NCBI GenBank assembly: GCA_040390725.1
Contig: JAZJXT010000001.1
Span: forward strand, 85,070-149,069
Length of the DNA: 64,000 bases
Reading direction: 5' to 3'
From: Patescibacteria group bacterium
Lineage (GTDB): Bacteria; Patescibacteriota; Minisyncoccia; Phycocordibacterales; UBA9973
Below are positions 40,808 to 50,455 of this stretch, piece after piece. A program made the translations under genes and the position numbers. Each line of letters opens with the position of its first letter. The first letter of the stretch is position 1. The notes beneath the pieces are model-generated. The model saw only the letters and a program-made list of their open reading frames with translations, made no database searches and was not told where the DNA came from.

Positions 40808-41233
40808 TTATTTTATACCTTCCTCTTCTTTTATCCTATGTTTTATCTTTTGTATTTTTTGTTTGTACTCTGATATTGTTTTCAAGAATCCGGAAATTTC
40901 TTTTTGTTTTATTGCTTTTTCTTTTTGTGGAATATATCTATTGATAGTATTTTTTGCTTTTATTGTTAACTCTTGATGTTTCTTTTTAAGAAAATTATGA
41001 GTCAGTATATATGAACGAAGAGTGATCACCAGTGCAATAAATCCATATCTTTTTGCGTGCTTCATTACTACGTATTTTGCATCTTCTAAGTTCGGTATTT
41101 CAAATAAAAATTTCTCTGCATCTATTACTTGTATGTCTACAGCAAAATTTTGCCTTAATTTTAATACTTTTCGTCCTATCATTAGGATTATCCCTGCAAG
41201 CGATGCGAAAAATAAAATTAATTCTATTTGCAT
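40808..41233 (-). CDS. Hypothetical membrane protein
   Basis: N-terminal TM, co-oriented downstream of tsf. Confidence 0.65.
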   Translation of the reverse strand: MQIELILFFASLAGIILMIGRKVLKLRQNFAVDIQVIDAEKFLFEIPNLEDAKYVVMKHAKRYGFIALVITLRSYILTHNFLKKKHQELTIKAKNTINRYIPQKEKAIKQKEISGFLKTISEYKQKIQKIKHRIKEEEGIK

Positions 41234-41245
41234 ATTTTTATATAT

Positions 41246-42025
41246 TTAGATTGAATAACGCTTTACTTCTTTGATTGTCGCTTTGTTTTTTTCTAAAAGT
41301 TTACCAATAGTTTCATCAGGATTCTTTATAAATGGCTGGTCCATCAATGTTTTTTCTTTGAAGTATGTCGCTATCTTACCATCGAGTATTTTCTTTTTTA
41401 TTTCTTCAGGCTTGTCGGAGCTTGCAACTTCTTTTTCAAAAATTTCCATCATCATTTTCTTTGCGTTTTCATCTATCTCAGATGCAGAAATGTACTCTGG
41501 TCTCATGGCTGCTACGTGCATAGCTATATCTTTTGCAAGGTCAGCGTTGCCACCTTCGAGAGACACAACCACAGCCATTTTGCTGTTGTGCACATAATTT
41601 CCTAAAACATTTCCTTCTATCATGAAAGAATCACCGAGCTGGATATTTTCACCAGTTTTTTGGATGATTTGATCGATCATTTCTTTTGAATTTGCTTTCA
41701 TTACTTCGATTCCTTCTGAAAGCGCCTTGTTTGCAAGGTTATTTAAAAGGGAAGTGAAGTCATCATTCCTAGAAACGAAGTCAGTTTCGCAGTGTAAAGC
41801 CACAAGCACAGCTTTGTTGCCTTCAGATTTTACAGCTACCGCGCCGTCTTTGGCTTCACGGTCAGCCTTTTTTAGAGCGATATCAGAGCTAGTCTTTTTT
41901 AAGATAGCTAGAGCTTTGGTCATGTCGCCTTCGGCTTCTTCTAGTGCGCGCTTGCATTGCATAACAGAGATGCCAGTAGCGTCTCTCAATTCTTTTATGA
42001 GTTCTGTGGTTATTGCGATAGACAT
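41246..42025 (-). CDS. tsf: Elongation factor Ts
   Basis: IKELRDATG..M.CKRAL, CETDFV, DIAMHVAA. Confidence 0.97.
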   Translation of the reverse strand: MSIAITTELIKELRDATGISVMQCKRALEEAEGDMTKALAILKKTSSDIALKKADREAKDGAVAVKSEGNKAVLVALHCETDFVSRNDDFTSLLNNLANKALSEGIEVMKANSKEMIDQIIQKTGENIQLGDSFMIEGNVLGNYVHNSKMAVVVSLEGGNADLAKDIAMHVAAMRPEYISASEIDENAKKMMMEIFEKEVASSDKPEEIKKKILDGKIATYFKEKTLMDQPFIKNPDETIGKLLEKNKATIKEVKRYSI

Positions 42026-42030
42026 AATTT

Positions 42031-42744
42031 TTATTCTTTTGTTGGTACTGATAATTGACCGGCTTTGTAGGCTTTTACAACTTTGTCAGTAAAGAATTTG
42101 ATAGACGGAATAGATGCGTCATTGCCGACGATAGGGTAGTCGAGAGTTTTTATGTTAGTATCAGAATTAACCAATGATATTACAGGTACGCCTGTCTTGC
42201 GAGCTTCAGTAGCAGCGATGTGTTCTGCTTTTGCATCCACTACATATACAGCATCAGGGATTTTCTTCAAATCAACTAGACCTGAATAGTATTTTGAAAG
42301 TCTTTCCATTTTCTTTGCCATTACAACTCTTTCTTTCTTTGTGTATTTTTCAAGATTACCCTCGGCACTGTCCTTGCGGTAATTTACGAGTTCCATAATT
42401 CTTTTTTTAATTTCTACGAAGTTACTGAATGTTCCACCAATCCATCGTTCTACGACATAAGGCATATTCAGAGCTTCAGCTGCATTTTTTACAACTTCAC
42501 GAGCTTCAGGCTTTGTGCCGACAAAAAGAATAGTTTTATTTCGAGAACCCAAGCCTTTTACGAACTCTTCTGTAGTGCCGAGCATTACACTTGTCTTTTC
42601 AAGGTCGATAATATCTGTTTTGTTTTTTGTAGCGTAAATATATGAAGCCACAGAAGGGTGCCTGCGGGTTTTTGAATAACCATAATGTGCTCCTGCTTGG
42701 AACATATCCTCCACTAAACTATCTTTATTTTCTATTTTTTGCAT
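42031..42744 (-). CDS. rpsB: 30S ribosomal protein S2 (start reassigned to 42744)
   Basis: AGAHYG, LFVGTK, RWIGGTFSN, GNDAS. Confidence 0.96.
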   Translation of the reverse strand: MQKIENKDSLVEDMFQAGAHYGYSKTRRHPSVASYIYATKNKTDIIDLEKTSVMLGTTEEFVKGLGSRNKTILFVGTKPEAREVVKNAAEALNMPYVVERWIGGTFSNFVEIKKRIMELVNYRKDSAEGNLEKYTKKERVVMAKKMERLSKYYSGLVDLKKIPDAVYVVDAKAEHIAATEARKTGVPVISLVNSDTNIKTLDYPIVGNDASIPSIKFFTDKVVKAYKAGQLSVPTKE

Positions 42745-42835
42745 AGGTTTTATATTAGCAGAAAGCCATATATTTTGCAAATTTAAAAATTGGGTAAAAA
42801 TTAAGGGACCCTATTGGATCCCTTTGTTCGATGTC

Positions 42836-43342
42836 CTACTGTTTGGTCCAGTAGATTATTTTTTTCTTGTTTTCTGTGAATTCTATTTCGGGCATCCCGT
42901 CACAGTTTTCACAGTTCAACAAGGAGTTAAGTTCCTTGTCTCTTGAAAATATAAAATTTATTGCGTGGAAATCGTATCCATAGTAGCTAAACAGCCAAAC
43001 TACGAAAACGGTATCTCCATAATTTTCAATTTCGAGAACTTTTTTCCCCGCGGAATCTTTTTTTCTCCAGACATTGGTGAACCCTGGGGCTGGAGTTTTT
43101 ATTACTGGTAGAAATGAATCTTCCAGGCTGTAGAGGCCTATGTCATCATATTCAGCATCGTTATAATACTCGGCAAGCATCACCGAGTCTATTATTTCTT
43201 GCTGGACCTCGGTTTTGGCTTGTGTATTTAGAGCCAATGTCATCATGGAATCCATGTCTGGGTTCAAATGGTTTTGTGCCGATGAAGTAGACGTCAATGA
43301 CAAAGTCATTGTAAGGCAGATTAAGAACAAATTTTTTTTCAT
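42836..43342 (-). CDS. Hypothetical secreted protein
   Basis: Signal peptide MKKNLF..SSAQ; acidic mature part with CENC. Confidence 0.6.
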   Translation of the reverse strand: MKKNLFLICLTMTLSLTSTSSAQNHLNPDMDSMMTLALNTQAKTEVQQEIIDSVMLAEYYNDAEYDDIGLYSLEDSFLPVIKTPAPGFTNVWRKKDSAGKKVLEIENYGDTVFVVWLFSYYGYDFHAINFIFSRDKELNSLLNCENCDGMPEIEFTENKKKIIYWTKQ

Positions 43343-43464
43343 TGTGTTTTACTTTTATGTGTGAAAAATGTGTGAAAATAATTTAATCTGTATTGGAGAA
43401 TATCATATTTTTATAATAAAACAAGGGCTTTGCCAAAAAATGTTTTTTCGGTTAAGATGTGAGG

Positions 43465-44736
43465 ATGACTAAAGGAACGCGACAATCACAACTTTTTACT
43501 AAAACGAGGAAAGATGCCCCGGCGGACGAGGTATCCAAGAACGCCGAGCTTTTGACTCGCGGTGGATTTATCCACAAGGAAATGGCGGGTGTTTATACAT
43601 ATTTGCCGTTAGGTTTACGCGTATTAAAAAAGATTGAAAATATAATTCGTGACGAAGTGAATTCTGTCGGAGCGCAAGAAGTCTCGATGACGGCGTTACA
43701 GAATCCTGAACTTTGGAAAAAGACGGACAGATGGAATGATGAAGTCGTGGATAATTGGTTCAAGACAAAATTAAAAAATGATACCGAGCTCGGCCTCGCA
43801 TTTTCACACGAAGAGCCGTTGGTAAATATGCTGACGAATTTTATTTCTTCTTATAAAGATTTACCTTTGTCTGTTTATCAATTCCAAACAAAATTTCGAA
43901 ATGAACTTCGTGCCAAGTCAGGCATTTTGCGTGGGCGAGAATTCTTGATGAAGGATATGTATTCTTTTAACACGACACAAGAAGACTTCGATTCTTTTTA
44001 TGAAAAGATGAAAATTGTTTATAAGAATATTTTTCAAAAAGTCGGTATCGGACACATTACATATTTAACATTTGCATCGGGCGGAATTTTTTCAAAGTAC
44101 TCACACGAATTTCAGACCTTGACTTCTGCTGGAGAGGATACTATTTATGTAGACGAAGCTACTTCGATAGCAGTAAATCAAGAAGTTTTTAATGACGAAG
44201 TTTTGGCTAATTTAAATTTGGAAAAAGAAAAATTAGTGGAGCACAAGGCCATAGAGGTTGGTAATATTTTTGAATTGAAAACCAAGTTTTCCAAGCCTTT
44301 TGATTTATCTTATGTTGATGAAAAAGGTGAGAAGCATGAGGTTTTAATGGGTTGTTATGGCATAGGTGTCGGGCGACTTATGGGTACTGTTGTAGAAGCT
44401 CTTGCAGATGATAAAGGTATTATTTGGCCGGAATCTATTGCTCCGTTTAAAGTTCATTTGCTTATGTTGGGTGATGACGAAGAAGTAAAAAAACGAGCAG
44501 ATGAAGTATTTGAAACTTTACAGAAAAATAATATTGAAGTTTTGTTTGATGATAGAGTTGGGCTTTCTGCCGGAGAGAAATTTGCTGATGCTGATTTACT
44601 AGGTATGCCTTATCGCGCGGTGATTTCTGCGCGAAGTATTAAGGAGGATGGAGTTGAAATAAAAAAGAGAAATGAAGAAAAAGGAAAAGTTATTAACATG
44701 GAAGAACTTTTAAAATTACTAGCACCTAATCACTAG
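43465..44736 (+). CDS. proS: Proline--tRNA ligase, short form lacking the INS editing domain
   Basis: KFRNELR..GILRGREFLMKDMYSF, IEVGNIF.L, MGCYGIGVGR, anticodon-binding domain. Confidence 0.96.
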   Translation: MTKGTRQSQLFTKTRKDAPADEVSKNAELLTRGGFIHKEMAGVYTYLPLGLRVLKKIENIIRDEVNSVGAQEVSMTALQNPELWKKTDRWNDEVVDNWFKTKLKNDTELGLAFSHEEPLVNMLTNFISSYKDLPLSVYQFQTKFRNELRAKSGILRGREFLMKDMYSFNTTQEDFDSFYEKMKIVYKNIFQKVGIGHITYLTFASGGIFSKYSHEFQTLTSAGEDTIYVDEATSIAVNQEVFNDEVLANLNLEKEKLVEHKAIEVGNIFELKTKFSKPFDLSYVDEKGEKHEVLMGCYGIGVGRLMGTVVEALADDKGIIWPESIAPFKVHLLMLGDDEEVKKRADEVFETLQKNNIEVLFDDRVGLSAGEKFADADLLGMPYRAVISARSIKEDGVEIKKRNEEKGKVINMEELLKLLAPNH

Positions 44737-44757
44737 ATACTAGAACCTAATTATTTT

Positions 44758-45804
44758 ATGTTTGATAAAATTTACAAATTAATTTCAAATGACATCGGGA
44801 TAGACTTGGGTACTGCAAATACTTTGGTGTATTTGAAAGGGCACGGTATCGTGATTAACGAACCTTCTGTTGTAGCTGTGAATCAAAAGACAAATCAAAT
44901 CCTCGCTGTCGGCGCAAGCGCAAAAGAAATGCTGGGCAGAACCCCGGGACACATCAAGGCTATTCGTCCACTTGTGGATGGAGTTATTTCTGATTTTGAA
45001 GTGACAGAAGAAATGCTTTCATATTTGATAAATAAAGCAGATAAAATGTCTAAAAAAATGGCTCGCCCGCGCGTGGTCATCGGCGTGCCTTCTGGTACTA
45101 CTAATGTCGAGACTCGCGCTGTGTATGATGCAGCTAGGAATGCCGGAGCAAGGGAAGTGTATTTAGTAGAAGAGCCGATGGCTGCGGCTATTGGAATTCG
45201 TTTGCCCATCAAAGAACCTGTCGGCTCGATGATTATAGATATCGGCGGAGGCACTACGGACATTGCAGTTATTTCTCTTGGTGGAATTGTAAAATCTAAA
45301 AATTTAAAAATCGCCGGAGATAAATTAAACAATGACATCATTTCATATATGCGTGATGAATTTAAAATTTTAATCGGTGAGAAAACTGCCGAAGCTGTAA
45401 AGATGGCTATCGCTTCAGCTATTCCTGGTGAATATATGGAGACGGGTGTCCGTGGCAGGGATTTATTGACCGGTCTTCCGCGTGAAGTTGTCGTCACTGA
45501 TTCTGATATTCGTGAGGCTATTGCATTGTCAGTTAAAGAATTGGTAGAGGGGGTAAAGGATGTACTTGAAAATACGCCTCCGGAAATACTTTCAGATATT
45601 ATGCATCAAGGCATTACTCTTTCTGGAGGTGGGGCTTTGCTTTTAGGCTTGGATCAACTCTTGCAAAGTCATCTCAAAATCCCTGTTTACGTTGTAGATG
45701 ATCCTCTTTCTGCTGTCGCGCGAGGCACAGGAATTATTTTGGATGACATAGAATCTTATCGTGAAGTTTTGATCGGACATCAAAATGAGTTACCACCTAG
45801 ATAA
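44758..45804 (+). CDS. mreB: Rod shape-determining protein MreB
   Basis: IDLGTANT, EPSVVA, EEPMAAAIG, DIGGGTT, GGGALL. Confidence 0.98.
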   Translation: MFDKIYKLISNDIGIDLGTANTLVYLKGHGIVINEPSVVAVNQKTNQILAVGASAKEMLGRTPGHIKAIRPLVDGVISDFEVTEEMLSYLINKADKMSKKMARPRVVIGVPSGTTNVETRAVYDAARNAGAREVYLVEEPMAAAIGIRLPIKEPVGSMIIDIGGGTTDIAVISLGGIVKSKNLKIAGDKLNNDIISYMRDEFKILIGEKTAEAVKMAIASAIPGEYMETGVRGRDLLTGLPREVVVTDSDIREAIALSVKELVEGVKDVLENTPPEILSDIMHQGITLSGGGALLLGLDQLLQSHLKIPVYVVDDPLSAVARGTGIILDDIESYREVLIGHQNELPPR

Positions 45805-46576
45805 AAAAGCTAAACAGAAAAAACTTAAAAATATCGCTATCGGCGTAATTGTTTTATTGTTTCTAATTTATTTCCGAGCCGGGATTTTTGGCGGGCTTTC
45901 GACTGCTTCTCATTTTGTTTTTCGACCTGTGATTATTTTAGGCAATAATATAGGTGAAAAGTTTTCAAATACTCGAGCGTATTTTCTTTCAAAACATTCT
46001 CTACTTTTAGAAAATGAAAATTTAAAAACACAAATATCAGAAAGCGAAGCGTACAGAGCGAATTATGCTTTGGTTGTCGATGAAAATAATAAATTGAAAG
46101 AAACTTTAGGCAGGAAAAATGAAAAAATGAATTTTGTTCTTTCTGCGATTTTATCCAAGCCAAATCAATCACCGTATGATACTCTAATAATAGACGCAGG
46201 TAAAAATCAAAATATAAATATTGGCAATGTGGTTTTTGCATTAGGTGATGTACCTATCGGTAAAGTTGCCGAAGTTTATGCAAATTCTTCAAAAGTTATT
46301 TTATTTTCAAATCCGGGAGAAAAGACAGAAGTTGTTGTGGGAGCTAAAGATAGTTTTATGGAAATTGTCGGCCGAGGAGGAGGGAATTTTGAACTTATTT
46401 TACCGAGGGACTTTGTGTTAGATGCTGGCGCTGAAGTTCGTTTGCCGGGCATTAATCCATACATTTTGGCTGTGATGCAAACTATCGTATCCGACCCCCG
46501 CGACTCGTTCCAAAAAGCTCTTTTCACGAGTCCTGTAAACGTGCAAGAACTAAATTTTGTGGAGGTGGAAAAATAA
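45785..46576 (+). CDS. mreC: Rod shape-determining protein MreC
   Basis: TM, coiled coil LENENLK, IIDAG..GKVAEV; follows mreB. Confidence 0.9.
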   Translation: MSYHLDKKAKQKKLKNIAIGVIVLLFLIYFRAGIFGGLSTASHFVFRPVIILGNNIGEKFSNTRAYFLSKHSLLLENENLKTQISESEAYRANYALVVDENNKLKETLGRKNEKMNFVLSAILSKPNQSPYDTLIIDAGKNQNINIGNVVFALGDVPIGKVAEVYANSSKVILFSNPGEKTEVVVGAKDSFMEIVGRGGGNFELILPRDFVLDAGAEVRLPGINPYILAVMQTIVSDPRDSFQKALFTSPVNVQELNFVEVEK

Positions 46577-47868
46577 TGCATTTTAAAATACAAAAAAAGT
46601 TGGAAAATAGTTTGGGGCGGGCGGGGGTTTTGGAAACTCCTCACGGGGAGATTTTGACGCCGGCATTTGTGGCTGTGGGCACCAAGGCTACGGTGAAATC
46701 TTTAACTCCGGAACAAGTCCGTGATGCTGGCACACAAGTCGTGCTCGGTAATACTTACCACTTATTTTTACAACCCGGGGATGAAATAGTCCGCGATGCG
46801 GGAGGTATTGGGAAATTTATGAATTGGCATGGTCCCACAATGACGGACTCTGGGGGGTTCCAAGTTTTTTCTTTGGGTGTTGCTTATGGAAAAGATATTT
46901 CAAAAGTTGTTAAAATTACTGACCCGTCGCTAATGATTCCTGAAAGGTTTGATGACAGTGATGCGCCACGGCTCGCAAAAATAGGGCAGGATGGAGTTTC
47001 TTTTAAGTCGCACCTCGATGGCAGTATTCATTATATAACTCCGGAGAAATCAATTCAGATTCAGCACAACCTCGGCGCGGATATTATTTTTGCTTTTGAT
47101 GAATGCACCAGTCCGGCGGAAGATGCAAAATATCAAGAAGAGGCTTTGGAGCGGACGCATATTTGGGCAAAGAGGTGCTTGGAGGAGCACAAAAGATTAG
47201 CTGGCGAAAAAGATTCTTTCTTTACAGGGTCGCTGTCTGTGCCTGCTGGCACAGCGCTGCCTCTCGGCTCGTCAGCCTGCGAGACACCCCGCAAAGAAAA
47301 ATCTTTTTCACCAGCTCTCTTTGGGATCGTGCAAGGCGGGCGAGATGAAAGTTTGCGAAAGAAATCAGCGGAATTTATTTCCAGTTTGGATTTTGATGGG
47401 TTTGGTATCGGTGGGAGTTTTGCCAAAGAAGATATGTCCACAGCAGTAAAATGGGTGAATGAAATTTTGCCGGAAGAAAAGCCTAGGCACTTGCTTGGCA
47501 TCGGTGAGCCGGAAGATTTATTTATGGGCATAGAAAACGGCGTGGATCTTTTTGATTGCGTCTTGCCGACGCGCCTAGGCAGGAATGGCACTATATATAC
47601 AAAGAATGGAAAAATAAGTATTACGAATACAAAATTTAGAAATGATTTTACGCCGATTGAAAATGACTGCGAATGTTATTCTTGTAAGAACTATACAAAA
47701 TCTTACATCGCGCATTTGTTTCACGGTAAAGAAATGCTCGCGGGAACTTTAGCTTCTACTCACAATTTGTATTTTATTGTAAATCTGGTAAAAAAAATCC
47801 GCCAAAGTATTTTGGACGGTAACTTTCACGAATTTAAAAAAGAGTTTTTGAGTAATTATTTAAAATAA
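46576..47868 (+). CDS. tgt: tRNA-guanine transglycosylase
   Basis: NTYHL, TDSGGFQVFSL, FGIVQGG, DLFDCV.PTR, CECYSC..H Zn site; contains an insertion. Confidence 0.96.
   Translation: MHFKIQKKLENSLGRAGVLETPHGEILTPAFVAVGTKATVKSLTPEQVRDAGTQVVLGNTYHLFLQPGDEIVRDAGGIGKFMNWHGPTMTDSGGFQVFSLGVAYGKDISKVVKITDPSLMIPERFDDSDAPRLAKIGQDGVSFKSHLDGSIHYITPEKSIQIQHNLGADIIFAFDECTSPAEDAKYQEEALERTHIWAKRCLEEHKRLAGEKDSFFTGSLSVPAGTALPLGSSACETPRKEKSFSPALFGIVQGGRDESLRKKSAEFISSLDFDGFGIGGSFAKEDMSTAVKWVNEILPEEKPRHLLGIGEPEDLFMGIENGVDLFDCVLPTRLGRNGTIYTKNGKISITNTKFRNDFTPIENDCECYSCKNYTKSYIAHLFHGKEMLAGTLASTHNLYFIVNLVKKIRQSILDGNFHEFKKEFLSNYLK
47199..47316. mobile_element. In-frame inverted-repeat (MITE/REP-like) insertion in tgt
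   Basis: Imperfect ~30-bp arms 47199-47230 and 47286-47316 around a GC-rich core. Confidence 0.75.
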
Positions 47869-47927
47869 TTTTGGGTAAAAAACACCCCCTGTAAAAACAG
47901 AGGGGGAAGGTTCAAAACCTACAATTC

Positions 47928-48161
47928 TTAGACCTGCATTTGCAGGAGGTTGATTGTCGGCTGTTTTTGCCGTAACAACCTTTTTTTCTCCCGAGCTATA
48001 CGCGCGGAACTTTTTCTTATTACCAGTCTTTTTTTTTCATCAGGGGGGGCTGGCGGTCCCTTTTTTGTTGGTTTTTTCCTCACTATGAGGTAAACCACAT
48101 ACACTAATAAGCATATGCCCAGGGTCACTGTTCCTGGAAAAATAAATGTTTCTAAATTCAT
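47928..48161 (-). CDS. Small single-TM basic protein
   Basis: 77 aa, N-terminal TM, Lys/Arg-rich tail, fills the intergenic gap. Confidence 0.5.
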   Translation of the reverse strand: MNLETFIFPGTVTLGICLLVYVVYLIVRKKPTKKGPPAPPDEKKRLVIRKSSARIAREKKRLLRQKQPTINLLQMQV

Positions 48162-48247
48162 AATACTTTACTAATTTATATAAAGCATATACCTACCATA
48201 AATAAACGCAAGCGACAAAGTGGATTACTTTTGATATACTGCAAAAT

Positions 48248-50344
48248 ATGCAAGGAAAATTCAAATTAAAACTTCCTTTTGAGCCGGCCGGGGATCAACC
48301 CAAGGCTATTTCGGCTTTGGTAAACGGCTTGAAAAAAGGGATGAGGAAGCAGACGTTGCTGGGGGTGACGGGTAGTGGCAAGACTTTTACCGTAGCGAAT
48401 GTTATTCAGCAAATGCAGAAGTCTACGTTGATAATAGCTCATAATAAAACTTTGGCAGCGCAACTTGCCCAAGAATACAAAAGTTTTTTTCCGGAAAATG
48501 CCGTACATTATTTTGTTTCATATTATGATTATTATCAGCCGGAAGCCTACATGCCGATGACGGACACATATATAGAAAAGGATGCACAGATAAATAAAGA
48601 GATAGACAGGTTGCGACATGCGAGTACGCAAGCCCTTTTGACGCGCAAAGATGTGATAATAGTGGCTTCGGTTTCTTGTATTTACGGTTTGGGAAGTCCG
48701 GAGGAATACAGGGAAGAGAATTTGGAAATAAATGTGGGTGATAAAATTTCTCGTACGGATTTGATGTCGCGTTTAATTGCGATGCATTTCGAAAGGACAA
48801 ATGCGGACTTGACTCCGGGAACTTTCCGCGCGCTTGCGAATAAAATAGAAATAATGCCGGTGTCTGAGAATTTTTTATATAGCATTTCTTTGGAAAAAGA
48901 TAAAATAGAAAATATAATTAGAATTGATCCGGTAAGCTCAAAAGTTTTAAGTGAAGAAAAAAGTATTTTTATTTTTCCGGCAAAACATTTTATAACAAAT
49001 AAATCAAAATTAGAGCTTGCCATAAAAAATATAAAATCTGAGCTGAAAGAGCAGTTAAAAAAGTTCGATAAAGAAGGGAAAATTTTGGAAGCGGAAAGAA
49101 TAAAAAGAAGAACGAATTATGATGTGGCGATGCTTCGCGAGGTGGGGTATTGTTCCGGTATTGAAAATTACTCTCGACATTTATCTGGTAAAAAAGCCGG
49201 TGAAGCACCGGAGACTTTGCTATCTTATTTTCCAAAAAAAGAAAGTCAGGAAAGTACTCTTCGTCGCTCGCACTCTGTCCTGGAAGGGCAAGGTTCATAT
49301 GTTCGTAGCGAAGGCTTCTCCAAGTACTTTCCTGACTTTCTTACTATTATTGATGAATCGCATGTGACTGTGCCACAAATCGGTGGTATGTATGCGGGTG
49401 ATGCTTCGAGAAAAGGTACATTGGTTGATCATGGTTTTCGTTTACCTTCAGCGAAAGACAATCGCCCTCTGAAATATGATGAATTTGAAAAAAGAGTCGG
49501 GCAAGTTATTTATACTTCGGCGACGCCATCAGAATTGGAAAGAAAAGAAAGTGCGCAAATCGTGGAGCAGATTATTCGTCCTACAGGGCTTGTTGATCCG
49601 GAGATAGAGGTGAAGCCGGTAATTGCTTCTAAGAAATATCCCGGTCAAGTGCAAGATTTTATCAAAGAAGCGGAAAAGGAAATAAAAAAAGGCGGGCGTG
49701 TGATAGCCACGACCTTGACCAAAAAAATGGCGGAAGATTTATCGGCATATTTGAAAGATAAAAAAATAAAATCAGAATATGTACACAGTGATATAAAAAC
49801 AATTGAACGCATAAAAATTTTAACGGAATTCCGAAAAGGGAAATTTGATATTTTAGTCGGGGTGAATTTGCTCCGTGAAGGATTGGATTTGCCGGAGGTG
49901 ACATTGATAGGAATTTTAGACGCGGACAAGGAAGGTTTTTTGCGCAGTGAAGTTTCTCTCATTCAGACTATCGGTCGCGCAGCTAGGAATGTCGAAGGGC
50001 GAGTGATTCTTTATGCGGATCATATTACCGGATCGATGAAGCGCGCGATGGATGAGACGAATCGCAGACGGGTGATACAAGTGGCTTATAATAAAAAACA
50101 CAACATAACTCCGAAAACCATTATCAAAAAAATTCAAGACATTACCGAAGGTATGGATACTATTCACGACAAAGCCGTGCGTTCCGAACTCGATTTAGAT
50201 ACAAAACTTTTCGCTAAAAATCCATCAAAACTTGTGAAATTAAAAGAGCGTCAAATGTCTGAAGCTGTAAAAGCTCTCGACTTTGAAACAGCAGCTATTT
50301 TGCGTGATGAATTAAAGATCCTAAGGGAGAGATTAGTGAAATAG
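48248..50344 (+). CDS. uvrB: Excinuclease ABC subunit B
   Basis: GVTGSGKT, YYDYYQPEAY, DESH, NLLREGLD, QTIGRAAR, UVR domain. Confidence 0.98.
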   Translation: MQGKFKLKLPFEPAGDQPKAISALVNGLKKGMRKQTLLGVTGSGKTFTVANVIQQMQKSTLIIAHNKTLAAQLAQEYKSFFPENAVHYFVSYYDYYQPEAYMPMTDTYIEKDAQINKEIDRLRHASTQALLTRKDVIIVASVSCIYGLGSPEEYREENLEINVGDKISRTDLMSRLIAMHFERTNADLTPGTFRALANKIEIMPVSENFLYSISLEKDKIENIIRIDPVSSKVLSEEKSIFIFPAKHFITNKSKLELAIKNIKSELKEQLKKFDKEGKILEAERIKRRTNYDVAMLREVGYCSGIENYSRHLSGKKAGEAPETLLSYFPKKESQESTLRRSHSVLEGQGSYVRSEGFSKYFPDFLTIIDESHVTVPQIGGMYAGDASRKGTLVDHGFRLPSAKDNRPLKYDEFEKRVGQVIYTSATPSELERKESAQIVEQIIRPTGLVDPEIEVKPVIASKKYPGQVQDFIKEAEKEIKKGGRVIATTLTKKMAEDLSAYLKDKKIKSEYVHSDIKTIERIKILTEFRKGKFDILVGVNLLREGLDLPEVTLIGILDADKEGFLRSEVSLIQTIGRAARNVEGRVILYADHITGSMKRAMDETNRRRVIQVAYNKKHNITPKTIIKKIQDITEGMDTIHDKAVRSELDLDTKLFAKNPSKLVKLKERQMSEAVKALDFETAAILRDELKILRERLVK
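49239..49342. mobile_element. In-frame insertion with 20-bp perfect inverted arms in uvrB
   Basis: AAGAAAGTCAGGAAAGTACT (49239-49258) and AGTACTTTCCTGACTTTCTT (49323-49342). Confidence 0.8.
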
Positions 50345-50394
50345 ATTTGCCTACTATCCTTACATATGTAGACATAGTAGACATTTTTAAAAAC

Positions 50395-50403
50395 TGTGGA
50401 TAA
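50395..50403 (-). promoter_or_regulatory. Consensus DnaA box
   Basis: TGTGGATAA = TTATCCACA on the minus strand, intergenic. Confidence 0.5.
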
Positions 50404-50455
50404 CTATTAAAAAACCCTTTACATTTGGTGTGAGCTTGCTATACTTTTTTTCATT

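Noticed and set aside
49239-49342. Intein or group I/II intron in uvrB or tgt
   Set aside because: Too short, with no intein termini (C/S..HN) or intron core motifs.
50395-50403. Replication origin
   Set aside because: Single DnaA box, no cluster and no dnaA/dnaN nearby.
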